From assembly GCA_008632985.1 (NCBI GenBank), contig QPGO01000006.1, positions 124,001-188,000 on the forward strand: a DNA stretch of 64,000 nt, read 5' to 3'. The translations under genes were made by a program, and so were the position numbers. This stretch comes from Psammoneis japonica. Taxonomy: Eukaryota. Shown piece after piece: positions 1 to 11,900 of this stretch (its first letter is position 1; every line of letters starts with the position of its first letter). The notes under the pieces are model-generated. The model had not been told where the DNA came from. It searched no databases and saw only the letters and a list, made by a program, of their open reading frames with translations.

Positions 1-3000
1 AAAAAGATGCCACGTCGCAATGCTCATTTTTCCCTCACAAAATTCAACGCAAATTGAATCATGGCACCGCAAGTCCTTGCAACAACATGAGAGTGGTCCC
101 TTTGACGAGGTGGAAATCAGCAATGAAACAACGCTGGAGTCAGGAACTTTCAAGGAAGATGTTTTTGCAAACAAGTCTGTTGCAGCGCACCCCACCAGCA
201 TCTGACGAAAACAACAAAACACCCTTTTGGCGACGCCGCACGTTTGCCACCGGCAGACTCAACCGGTCCCACCGGCTGACTGATGGGTGCTCACTGGAAT
301 CAGCATGCAGCCCTGTGCACAAGCCACCGTGATAGATGAGTTTGAGAGTGCCGCCACAAAACAATGACAACGCAAAGCGACTTCTTCCCGAAGGACATGC
401 GACACAGTCCTGCCCTTGAAGAAAGCTAGAATGTCAGAAGCTGCACAATCACATCTCTAAAGAACAACAAAATGCCACAAGTTGGTGTCACAAATGTGTG
501 TGATCATGTGGTTTTGTTGGTCTGTCCATCGAACGATTTTTGATTTTGCAGGCTTGCATGGTTGAACTTCAACTTGCACAGATGCCCTGCAGAAATGTGC
601 ACAAAAACACACCAAAATCAAAATTTCAAAATCGTGAGGTGGAGAAGTGAAACCACTCTTTCTTCCCTGCACCATCTCGTGGCGACTCCAGCAGATTGTG
701 ACAACAATGACGATGATTGAAAATGTCGCTTGCATGTGTTGAATGTGCTGAGGAGCAAGAAAGAGTGCATCGTCACTCTCTGACTCCTTGTGGCCACAAA
801 ATTTGTCTTCACTGCATGGTTTGTTTGCCAGCAGAAAAGACATCCAAAAAAATAAAACCAAATCTGCTGCATTTACGGTGCTGTCACTCCTTTGCCAGCC
901 AAGCCGGCGCATTGTGGTCAATGCGTCTCGCACCATCCAAAAGAGAAATCATGAATCAGAAAAAAGTGAAGTCGATTGTGAATGCCCAGCTCCTGTCAAG
1001 AAAAAGAAAAAGAGGAACCCCACCAAGTCATGAATGTTGGAATGCCTCCGAGAGAAACAAAACGACGGTTTTTGGCACCAGCTGTGATTGCAGCGGATGG
1101 CCTGCCACTCACAGAGCAAGAGGTGGTTGAAACAGATGAGGATGGCAACATCCCACACACTCCAGTTGGACATGCAGCAGTCAACAGAAAAGGAGACACA
1201 GCTGCCGATGACAACCAAACCAAAATTGCTGTCGCAAACATCTTCAAGAACATGTCATCCGTGCTCTCACCTGTGGTTACAACAGGAAAGAGTGCAGAGC
1301 CAATGAGCCCAAAAAATGCACTCAATCACCTCATGTCAGAAGAAAACAGCACAGCCATGCTTCCATCTATTTTTGCTTTTGACGCCAATGGCACTGACAT
1401 GAATGCTTTCATGGAGACAATGAAGAAGCATGGGAGACAAGGCGACTCATCGGCATTGGCTGTGGGGATGATGACGGCTTTAATTGTGAGAGTTTCAAGT
1501 CAAAATGAGGTGGGGGCTGCCATCAAACGTGTGTCCAATGTTTTCACAACTCAAAAGAGATTCTGTCGTTGGAGATGCTCTTGCCAATTTCAAAGCAACA
1601 ACATCTGCATTGGCCACTGGCATTGCAAAGGCTTCTGAGTGCACTGCAGCCTGCCTTGAACCCAAGGCAAAATTGTTGGCACCTGAGGATGGGGCAATGC
1701 TGACAGCCGACAATGCAGAATTGAAAACAACACATGCTAAAGATGCAGGAGGGTTTGGCAGAATTCAAGGAAGATGCTGTGTTTTGAGTGCTCTGGGGGG
1801 GAAGACCTCAGTTGAGGAGCATTCAGCTGAGCCAGATTGGTCATTCCATTTGACCAATGTCAACAATGTTGTGCTCACTGGTCATGGAAAAGAAGCACAA
1901 CAGCCACATGCTGCGAAATCAGCTCATGTCTCGATTTTTGACATTGACAAAATTTGCACTGCTCACTGGAACAACAGAACAGCCAATTGACAGATGCAGC
2001 AGCATTGATGCAAAGCGCCAAAATCAAAACACACGAGCGCCAACGGCCTCGTTTCCACTTCTGGGGCCCACTGCTGGTGTTCGTCACACCAGAGAGCCGG
2101 GTCGTTGCCAGATGCTAGAAGTGTGATTGTTGAGTTGGTCATGCAAATCAGCGCAAATCACAAGCAACATCATCACTGCCAGATTTTTTTTTTGCTGCCG
2201 TCAGATGCTCAAGGGCGCACCCTTTTCTCCAGTGGTGACTTGCGATGGGAACATTGCTCATCCAGACAGAGGTTGGGGGTCCAATTCTTGGCATCCAACA
2301 CACAGCTGAGTTTGCACTTCTGTGATTTTTCAAGGCTCTCAACAATCAAATCTGGAGCAAGATCTTCTGTGCTTTGAACCCAATCATTGTTTTTCAACAC
2401 CGCGACCACCAGTCCAAACTGCACAACCAAAGCATCGCGATCACGAGAGCGGAGACCAACTTTTGGGATGGGATGTTTGTTCAAGCACGGCCTTCCAGAC
2501 TTTTCAGGGGCATGCACAGTTGAGCATGTCATCATTCATGGTTCACACCTGCCATCAATTGATGGCTCATTCTCTGCAGTGACTTGGGAACGGTCCATGG
2601 CGACCTTCAGTGATGACAAGCCAAAGCCTCTGGGCATCGCAAGGCTTGATCTTAAAGCTGCATGTTGGATCTGGGCATGTCAGAAAGTTTGGAATGCTTG
2701 GCCATTCCATGAAGCTTTGCACGGGATCGAGAATCATTGGCTTTTCTCTTTCGGAGGTCATCCGAGTCGAAAATCCCAATGCAATTTGGAGCGGCTGAAT
2801 GGCACCGATGCTTCAGTTCGGCAAATTTTGACAGAGTTGCAAACTGATGCTTCCTCAACCTTTCCCAAGCTGCCTTTTGCTCTTCTTTTGAAAGATTCAA
2901 CCACCAGTTCACTGCGTGCTGTCATTCGATGGCACAAGTCTGAGCTTGCTGGACCAAACAAAACAAGACAAATCGGAAAGGCATGATGAGACTCCTGATC

Positions 3001-3180
3001 TTTCTGCTGCCTTCCGCTGTTTGGCACTTTGAAGCTCTTGCGCAACAATTTCTGGTTCTTCCACTCAGCAGCATCTTCATTCTTTAGAGCATCTGGTGCA
3101 TCAGCTTCTGTGTGGGACAACTGGTGGTGTTGGGCAACCTTCAAATGTCTCGGTTTGATCAGGCTTGGCGGCAGCGCGTC
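1..3180. other. TpA-depleted, degenerate sequence (left flank of the Copia; contiguous with 8952 onward before insertion)
   Basis: Roughly a dozen TA in 3.2 kb; TG/CA-rich; Tyr-poor, Cys/His-rich ORFs. Removing the Copia rejoins the minus-strand frames 8952-9173 and 2758-3174 in frame (…IRDDA|LPPSLIKPRHLKVAQ…). Confidence 0.8.
3175..3180. repeat. Target-site duplication CGCGTC (partner at 8952-8957)
   Basis: Same hexamer immediately outside both LTR termini. Confidence 0.85.
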
Positions 3181-3484
3181 TGTCGCGGAACATGACTCAG
3201 GCGGGACTCAGATGATTGGGTCCCGTTCACGAATGAAGAGTCACGTGGTTTCTGGTCACAAGAATCACGGCGAACCGGGATGTTTGCGATCCAGGGACGA
3301 TGGTCCCCCGTGATGTTTGACGTGACGTTTGGACGTGTTACTTTGAGTTTGACAGGACTGTAATTCAGAAGAAGTAGAAAAGTAGATTATAATTTAGCGA
3401 GAGTGAGAAATGTGAAGACTATTAATTTTAGTTTTTTGTGCTACTGACAAGGTGTTAGTAGTATCGGCATCTGGTTGTCCAACA
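3181..3484 (+). repeat. 5' LTR (304 bp)
   Basis: Starts TG, ends CA; direct repeat of 8648-8951. Confidence 0.95.
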
Positions 3485-3543
3485 CGATATATATCGACAG
3501 TTTGTGGCAACACTACATTCGAGAGTAGTAAGTGAGAGAAGCG

Positions 3544-4743
3544 ATGAGCAAGGAAGAACAGACCTACGAGACTTCTTTGTCGTGGAGCGGCAAGAGAGAA
3601 GACTTCGAGAATTTTTTGGTGAAATTCGAGGCATTCGAGAGCGACCACGGTTGTGACGAAGCAACCGATGTGGATCTAGGAGATAAGCTTCTCACCAAGG
3701 CGGAATACGTGAATGGAAAGAAGAAAGTAACGCAAGCTAATGGTACAGAGACCGAAGAAGACCTCACAAAGGAGGATAAGAGGTTGTACAAGCTGAACGC
3801 GAAATCATTTTCGAAGATCATCCGTGCGTTGCCTGAAAACTTGATCAAGGCCTGCAAGAACCAAGGTGGACCCAAGAAGTCCGTTTATTTGATCAAGGAG
3901 TACCTCAAGAAACACTACTCGGAGCAGAATGTGGTAGATGATTACCAAAACCTCTACAAGAAGAGGTTGGAGCTAGAACCTGGAGAGTTCGAGATAGCGC
4001 TGTTCTATTTCAACGAGTTGGAGGATATTAACTCCAAGTTGGGAAAGATTGATGAAAAGTATCGCTTAGATGAGCTTCAGTTGAAGACTGATATCTATTC
4101 AAAAGTCCCGGATCAAGGTAACTGGTCCTCTTTCAAGTCCGAGTATCGCAAGGACGGCGCGATGGAGAACATTGCCTACAGTGCGTTCAAGCAGCACTAT
4201 GAACGGGAGTGGAAAGCTCATGGTCCACCAGGAGGATCTACTACATCTATAGATCGATCTTCTGGAGAGGATAAGACCCTAACTATGAAGGTACAGGGTA
4301 GCAAGTTTTTCCCGGGTAATTGTGGGAAGTGTGGCAAGAAAGGTCACAAGTCAAAATTTTGTCCTGACAAGAAGAACGCCAAGACGAAGAAATTCGATGG
4401 CGATTGCTTTTATTGCGGCAAGCATGGACATAGAGCGAGCGACTGCTTCAAGAAGAAGAAGGATGAAAGGAGAAAGACGAAGAAACGAACGAGGTTACAC
4501 TCGGAGTGTTCGATTCCGTCGACTTGGTTGAGGAGGGTAAGGACCCTATTCCAGACTCCTTCTTCGATACCTTCGATACTAAGCCTGCAGTTCGAGACGA
4601 TGAGTTCGAGAGAGAGCTTAAGAGGTGGGATACTCGGTCTGGACTGGGTTACGGCTACGATAGTAGCGGCGAACGCGCGCTGTCATGGTACGAATGGAGC
4701 GAGATGGCAGACGATGAGGACGAAGAAGACGATGACGGCATGA
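3544..4743 (+). CDS. gag: Copia Gag with two CCHC zinc knuckles (true frame probably shifts near 4480 into an acidic linker)
   Basis: CGKCGKKGHKSKFC and CFYCGKHGHRASDC; ATG at 3544; the downstream D/E-rich linker with IPPL..YDS repeats continues in other frames. Confidence 0.85.
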   Translation: MSKEEQTYETSLSWSGKREDFENFLVKFEAFESDHGCDEATDVDLGDKLLTKAEYVNGKKKVTQANGTETEEDLTKEDKRLYKLNAKSFSKIIRALPENLIKACKNQGGPKKSVYLIKEYLKKHYSEQNVVDDYQNLYKKRLELEPGEFEIALFYFNELEDINSKLGKIDEKYRLDELQLKTDIYSKVPDQGNWSSFKSEYRKDGAMENIAYSAFKQHYEREWKAHGPPGGSTTSIDRSSGEDKTLTMKVQGSKFFPGNCGKCGKKGHKSKFCPDKKNAKTKKFDGDCFYCGKHGHRASDCFKKKKDERRKTKKRTRLHSECSIPSTWLRRVRTLFQTPSSIPSILSLQFETMSSRESLRGGILGLDWVTATIVAANARCHGTNGARWQTMRTKKTMTA

Positions 4744-5158
4744 GTATGCCGGAGCTAGAAGGTCCTTTTGTTTCTGATAAGGTCGAGGATGAAAGTATCC
4801 CGCCCTTGGAACCGCGGTATGATTCGACAGCGATTCGGATGATGACGAGTCATTAGAGCTGATCGGCTCTCAACGCAAGTGCACCAACTGTGACGGGCCT
4901 GGACATGTCTATCGAGGCTATCGCACAACGAAGAAAGTTCAAGACGAGGACAAGGGAGACGAGGAAGACAGTATCCCGCCCTTAGTATCTCGTGGCGGTT
5001 ATGATAGCGACTCGAGCGATGACGAGTCGGTTGAATTCGAGGTTGTTTGCTCGTATTGCGGACAGCCTGGACACGAATTCTGCACTCCTTTCCAAGAGTT
5101 TTGGAATAACCCGGATGAAGAGAGCGATGATGACAGTATTCCGACTCTAGAGAGTGGT

Positions 5159-6585
5159 ATGGACTCGGATAGTGATTCAGAGTCCGAGTTTGATTACGAT
5201 TCGGACGACGACTATGACGAAATACTGATGTCCGGTGCGCAGTATGAACCAGAACGTGGCGGTGTAAGGCTACTATTGGACTCTGGCTCGACAGCACATA
5301 CTAAGAGGTCTGTTGAAGGGATGAGGAACCTCAAGGAAGTGAACAAAGTCATGAAGGACGCACACGACGGGAGTTCGGTAGCGAAGCTCCAAGGAGATTT
5401 TCCATTTACGCGTCAGAATGGGGACGGTACAGTAGTTATTACTGAGATGTACGTCCAGCCAAATTTTTCACATAACATTGTGAGTCTGACGAAGCTATTT
5501 GAGAAAAATTGCAAGCTGAGTCCGACGACTGATCCCAAACGAGCCATTGTTCTCGAGTGCCCTGATGGCACGGAATTAATTTTCGAAAAATCAGCGAAAG
5601 ATGGGCTGTTTTATATGGAAGTTGACTCACTGACGGATGTGTCCGAAATGACCGCAGACGTTTCCGATGGACAGAAATCTGGACAAAAAGAGTCGGACAA
5701 GAAAGTCCATGTTAACCGCGCACACATTTTGCTGAACCACATGGGAGAACGCGCGATGAAAATGGCGGCAGCAGATCTCGGTTGGAAATTGACCGGTATA
5801 CCGAAGACTTGCGAGTTCTGTGTCAAGGCAAAGGCTACAGCAAAGCCAACCGTGAAGGCTAGCGATAAGAAAGCGACCAAGCCTGGTCAGCGGCTCTACC
5901 TAGACACGTCAGGACCATACAAAGCGACGCGCGGCAAGAATCGATATCATGTGATGATAGTCGATCAACTTACAGATCGACTTTGGTCGATGTTCCAAGC
6001 GAAGAAAAATGGTTTTACGGACGATATCAAAGCTTTATTGACTAAGCTGAAGGGTCAGGGGTACCCAGTCGAGTTCTTACGGATCGACAACGCTCCGGAA
6101 TGGGGTGCACTCAAGCCAATTTGTGATGAGTATGGGATCACGATCGAGTATACCTCCCCTAATACTCCGCAGTTCAACGCGGCAGTCGAGAGAGCGTTCC
6201 CAACAGTGCGTAATATGGCATACGCGGTACTGAAAGCATCCGATTTCGACGACGCAGAGCAAAGTCGGCAATGGCGAATGCGCTGCAGGACTGCACTATC
6301 GTTCGTAACTTGGTCCCACGTGGGGACTGGAGCAATGCTTATGAACCATTTGGAGAAAAGCCACCCGTAAAAGCCGAAGACCTGGTAGAGTTTGGCGCAA
6401 AGGGGTGGATGGCCAAGAGAAACAAGATCAAGGCCAAGTTTCAAGATCGTGCCGAGGAGGTTCGTCGCGTAGGATACGCTGAGAATCACTCGAGCGATAC
6501 GTATATTGTTCAAAAGTTATCAAATCGTCGTTGTGTGTTGACACGCGACGTGGTATGGGAGTCTAAAGACGATATGATCACCTAG
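5159..6585 (+). CDS. pol: Copia Pol: aspartic protease, GAG-pre-integrase and integrase core (frameshift near 6275)
   Basis: LLLDSGSTAH protease motif; H..LNH...CEFC zinc finger; LYLD, LRIDN and VERAF integrase DDE motifs; C-terminal part in the 6271-6585 frame. Confidence 0.9.
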
Positions 6586-6841
6586 ACCCCGAGACAGTGG
6601 TCGAAAAGCAAACTCCGCGAGTAACTTGGGCGGACGACGCAAGACCGTCAACAGTGGTTGAAGAGATATCACGCCCCTCTCAGTCATCCGCAGACGACCC
6701 CGACTTTCATGATTCTCATTCACAAATTGAGGAGGGAGAAGAGAGTGCAACAGACGGCGAGGAATCAACGGATAGCGAAGAAAGTGACTCCGAGATGGGT
6801 GCGCCACCTGACGGACCAGGACAGACGGATAAGAATCAGCT

Positions 6842-8780
6842 GTGAATAGTCGATTGGAACGCGAGTTGAGCAAGCTGAGGACTTCTTATAACCCAGCTGG
6901 TCTCCCAAGCGACGACGAGGACGAGGTAGAAGCGGTGAATATGGTCGCAGGATATGTTGATCCGAAGAATGATCGCGAAGCGATGACAGGCGACGAAGCT
7001 GACGAGTGGTGGAAGGGTCTAGTCACAGAATACGATGGATTTTTCGACTTGAGAACTTGGATACTGGTCAAGGAAGCCGAATTGAAAGGTAAAAAGATAT
7101 CCAAGCCGCTATCAACGAAGAACGTCTACAAAAAGAAATTACACGCGATAACAAAAGAGGTGCGGTATCGCGTGCGCAACTGCATTCGGGGGTTCGATAT
7201 GATACCCGGAGTTCATTTCGATGAATCTTTTGCACCTACTCCGACGGATCATACTGTGAGACTCATATTGGCGATATCATTATGGATGCTGGAACAGTTG
7301 GAAGTCGATGATATCGACGAAGCCGAGAAGGAGTGGATTGTCGGGCATTTGTTCGATGTTGTGCAGGCATTTCTGAACTCAGAGATGACTGGACCACTGT
7401 ACATGTGCATCTTCCCCTATGTGGAAGGAGTATTGCGAATATAAAGGTTGGGAATACAACGAGAACGATCTTATTTTGCTCGGAAAGGCGCAATATGGGC
7501 AAGTCGATGCCGCGAAGCGCTGGATTGATATGTTTGTCGGAATCATGACTGAAAAGGGTGGCGTCGAGCTTAAACGAAGCAAGACTGACCCTTGTGTGTT
7601 GTACCGTCATGATGACAAGGGGCAATTGGAGATTATCATTTTGATTTATGTGGACGATGGTTTCATATGTGGGAGGCCGGAAGTCGTTAAGGAAGCCAAG
7701 GACTATTTGGCGAAGAGAGCTAAGATACTGGACATTGGACGAATCGACACTCATTTAGGAATTGATTATGAGTTGAAGAAAGACGAACACGGTTGGTACT
7801 TCAAGTGCAGTATGCGCAAGTACGTGGAAAAGATGGTTGCGGAATACGAACAACGCTTCAACAAGACACTTAAGGATTACGAGACACCTGGGGAGCCAGG
7901 GAAGATATTGATGAAGGCGGACGAAGACCATGAGCCGGTCGAGCAAAACGGATACCGAGCCTTCGTCGGAAAGATCCTATATGCGATGTTGAAGGTCTTA
8001 CCTGATTGCGCGAATGCGATTAGAGCGTTGACAATGCATTTGACGAATCCAACTAAGGATCACTGGCACGCGCTGGACAGACTTATGGGACATCTGAAAT
8101 TTCACTATCAGCCGTTGAAGTTGAGGTCACCTTTGGAATTAAGGAGCATAGGGATATTCGACGCTGAGTGGGGGACGGACAAGAATGACAGAAAGAGCAT
8201 TTCGAGTGACATTTCCACACTGGGCGGTACGTCGTTAACTAATTGGCAATCGAAGAAGCAGACCTCTGTGGCGCTGAGCAGTTGTGAAAGTGAGACCATA
8301 GCGGGCACGGCGTGCGCGCAGAGCATACAATTCCAGAATCATTTATTGGAAGAGCTGGTAGGTACGGACATGTTGAAGATGCCGAGTTATGCGTACGGAG
8401 ACAACGCCGCATCACTGTTTCTGGCTGTTAACAACCAAGTGGGACAGCGGACGAAACACATTCACATTCGTGATAGATATTTGGGCGAGTTGGTTCAACG
8501 TGGAGAAATTGAACCACGCCATGTCAGTACGGAGAAGAACCCGGCAGATGTCAACACCAAGAACGCGAAGATCGAAACGCACAAGAGACTAGCTCAGAAC
8601 CTGTATGACGGATTCGTGATGGTTGAACCGGAACCAATCAAGGAGGGTGTCGCGGAACATGACTCAGGCGGGACTCAGATGATTGGGTCCCGTTCACGAA
8701 TGAAGAGTCACGTGGTTTCTGGTCACAAGAATCACGGCGAACCGGGATGTTTGCGATCCAGGGACGATGGTCCCCCGTGA
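6842..8780 (+). CDS. pol: Copia Pol: reverse transcriptase (RVT_2) and RNase H (frameshift near 7410)
   Basis: RGFDMIPGVHFDESFAP, DVVQAFLN, KAQYGQVDAAKRW, IYVDD; RNase H motifs WQSKKQTSVALSSCESE and RTKHIHIR. Confidence 0.92.
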
Positions 8781-8951
8781 TGTTTGACGTGACGTTTGGA
8801 CGTGTTACTTTGAGTTTGACAGGACTGTAATTCAGAAGAAGTAGAAAAGTAGATTATAATTTAGCGAGAGTGAGAAATGTGAAGACTGTTAATTTTAGTT
8901 TTTTGTGCCACTGACAAGGTGTTAGCAGTGTCGGCATCTGGTTGTCCAACA
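8648..8951 (+). repeat. 3' LTR (304 bp)
   Basis: Identical to 3181-3484 except at 8888, 8909, 8926 and 8930; preceded by the purine run AAGGAGGG (8640-8647). Confidence 0.95.
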
Positions 8952-11900
8952 CGCGTCATCGCGGATCATCGGTTCAAGGTTTTCTCCCCAAATGACCCCC
9001 TTTCTGCTTGGGGAGGATGGCCAATTCTCCATTGCCATGATTGAGGAATGTGAGGTGAGACCCAAGCACCACCGCTTGAAGATGACTGGCGTGTCTGCCC
9101 TTTTGGGGGGACACTCATTGCTGCCAGAAGGAGAGGATCCAGTCCACCAGTTGTGACACACACAAGGGCACACTTGAGTTTGAGGAGTTCATGGAGTTGG
9201 CTCATTGCAAGGAATCATGGGAAGGAAAGTTGAGGTTCATCTCTTCTTCTTTCCTGATCCCCTTGCATGGACTCCTCTTCATTGTAAATGATCTCCAACT
9301 CAATGGCAATCTTTTGCGCTGTAGAGTCATTTGCGCAGAAATGTGTGGAACAGTGCCAAGACAATTGTTGAAAAGTCTGTCTGTCTGTCCTCAGTGAATT
9401 TTAACTTTGCGAAAAATGGACTTGACTGTTTTCTGATCAGGTGCATTTTTCTTCAACACATTTGCAAAAATGCACCTGACCCAACAACAGTCAAGTCTGT
9501 TTTTGCACAAATTGTGTGAACATGACAGTTTCAGTGCAAAAACATGCAGATTCTGCAGGTGTCCACAATTGTTTCATGCTTTTTACGTCACGGGTCATTT
9601 TCGAAAGATTCCCATTGGTCAAGGTCAGTGCAGGCAGCAAGTGCATTGTTTTCAAGGAGGGCACAACCAAACATGGTGGAGAAACCTGCAGCATGCAACA
9701 GGACAAGTCATGGAGGACAAGCACCCATGTGGGCATGTGGGCCACATGCCCGCATGTGATGCTGATTGCACAGTTGACCACTCAAGGATCTGTGTGGATC
9801 AAAGCCATGATGACTTGCACATGTCAGCAAAGCACCTTCCAGCATTTGCATGGGAGGATGTGACCAGAGAGGTGGGGCATGTTGGCAAGAAATTCACAGA
9901 CATTTTCAAGAATGCAGAGCTCAAGGGGATGTTCAGAACTTCAGTTTGAGGTGTGCCAGATGACTGGGAACTGGCTGATGAAGCAACACAAGGCAGATGA
10001 TTTGGAAAAACAACTCAAGAAACAAGGCAAGATGAAATTTGATGAAATGTTGAATGCTGCTGTGGCAGTGCAGCATGTGGTGGGCACAATCATGATGAAG
10101 GAGGGGAAAAGGAGGTGCTCTGACAATGTGGGGTCAACAAGGATGTTGAGTGGACAGCCCATGCAAAGTTGGAGATTCTGTGAGGGAAACAAACAAGTTG
10201 AGCCAACAGATGAGCAAAGAGTGCAAGGAGCAGGCACAGCTTGCAAAGAGTGGTGGGCAGAGGCAGGAGGAGGAGGAGGCTTTGTCAGCTGACCCAGCTG
10301 AAAAGCTCAAAGGAAGTGACAATGCAGAAGAGGTGGCAGAAGCATTTGACAAGGTGGCTGGGTCCAGAGAGGGCAAGTCAATGCAGAAGAAGAGCAAGAA
10401 GCCAAGCCAGGAGAATGCTGCCAGGAGAAAGAAAAGACCAAGAAGAAATTGAACAAAAACAGTGGTTGAATCAAACAGAGCTGGGACCCTGGAAACTGCA
10501 AAGTGGTTGTGAGCAAAAAACCTTGGAGAGGGAGAAAGAAGCTGCTGGTCTGTGCTGCAAAGCTTGGAGCGGTCCAGCCATGTCAGCCAAAGGAAGTGCA
10601 TTTTTGGTGCTGACAAATTGAACTGCAAAGGACCCAGATGCTTGCTGAGTGCCCAGAAAGTCAGTCAAGAGGGGGATTCCACCAGGAACAAAGCCACCTC
10701 CACACTCAAACTTGAGCATGAAATTAAAAAGAATCTGGGAGAGACCAGAGCAAATTGAGTCCATGCAGTTGCAGCCATCCTTGAACATCAGGCACAAGCC
10801 CCCACAAGCTCAACATGCCTGCCCTGGGAAAAGCAGCAAGAGTTTGAAAGAAAACTTAAGTGGCTTGTTGAGGCAGACACAAGCTGCCCAAAATGAGCTC
10901 AATCTTTGTGCAGAGGGGGTCAACAAGTGACAGATTCTGAAGGGCCCTCTTGAGTTGGACTCTTTGCTGAGCAGCTGTGTGTCTCACTTTCTTCATTTGC
11001 AAACATCTGAGATGAAACATTGGATGCTTCAAATGATGTGACAACATCACATTTGTTGAAGCATCAGGCAGGGAGAAGACATCCGCGATGCTCTTCTGCT
11101 TCATTTGGGCATTCATTGCCAGCAGCAAACCATCAATGACTTCATGACATCTGTGTGAGCTTCACAAAATGTCTCATCAGCATTGATTTCATCACATGCC
11201 TCTCCAATCAACTTGACAACGGTGCTGGCAGTCCACAAATGGTCCAGTGCAATGGGCAGAGAGTGCACAATGACCATGTTGCATGACTCGCCATCATGTC
11301 AGCAGCATGTTCTGTCTTGAACTTGTTGTCTTTGTGCTTTGTTCTTGCCCAATTGTTGATGAACTGACAAAGCTGAAAACATGGTTCAGCAGTGTTTTCA
11401 TTCATTGTGGTCAGATGAGTCCTGACAGTCCAGAGCCACTCTCCTCTGGATCTCTTTGTCATTTTTGCAGCTGACTCTCATGGCAACATCTGCCAGCAAT
11501 CAGCTTCTCACTTCCTTGTTCAGGCACCCAGAGAATTGGACCTTGTTCTCCCTGTCCACAACCACAAGCTGAACAATGTTGTCCACTAAAGTGCCAGTTG
11601 TTTGAATGCAAAGAGGCAGCTTCTGCTCCAGGGGAGGACAGCTGAGAGCCTGGCTGTCAACAAGTTTGACTGCAGAGACAACTGGGTTTGTGTGGTTGTT
11701 CTGTCTAGAGTGACAACAAGAAAGGGACTTTGTCTCAGGAAGAAGCTTGATGACAGGAAGACAAAGGGCACATTGTTGGCATTGAATGAGTTCCTTGGTC
11801 ACTTCAGGAGAGCACAAGAGGGCCCCAAGAAGGCCATCAGGCTCCTGCTGCAAATGACTGTGCAAGGCATTGCAGCTGAAGATTGCGGTCATCAGACAAT

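Larger units (their letters stand above)
3181..8951 (+). mobile_element. Full-length, recently inserted Ty1/copia LTR retrotransposon (CoDi-like)
   Basis: Two 304-bp LTRs (TGTCG...CAACA) with 4 mismatches; flanking duplication CGCGTC; internal order gag-PR-IN-RT-RNaseH; polypurine tract before the 3' LTR. Confidence 0.97.

Noticed and set aside
4480..7444. Programmed frameshifting in the Copia gag-pol
   Set aside because: Several scattered single-base shifts, similar to the one near 55695 in a host gene, are more simply indel errors or decay; no slippery site was identified.
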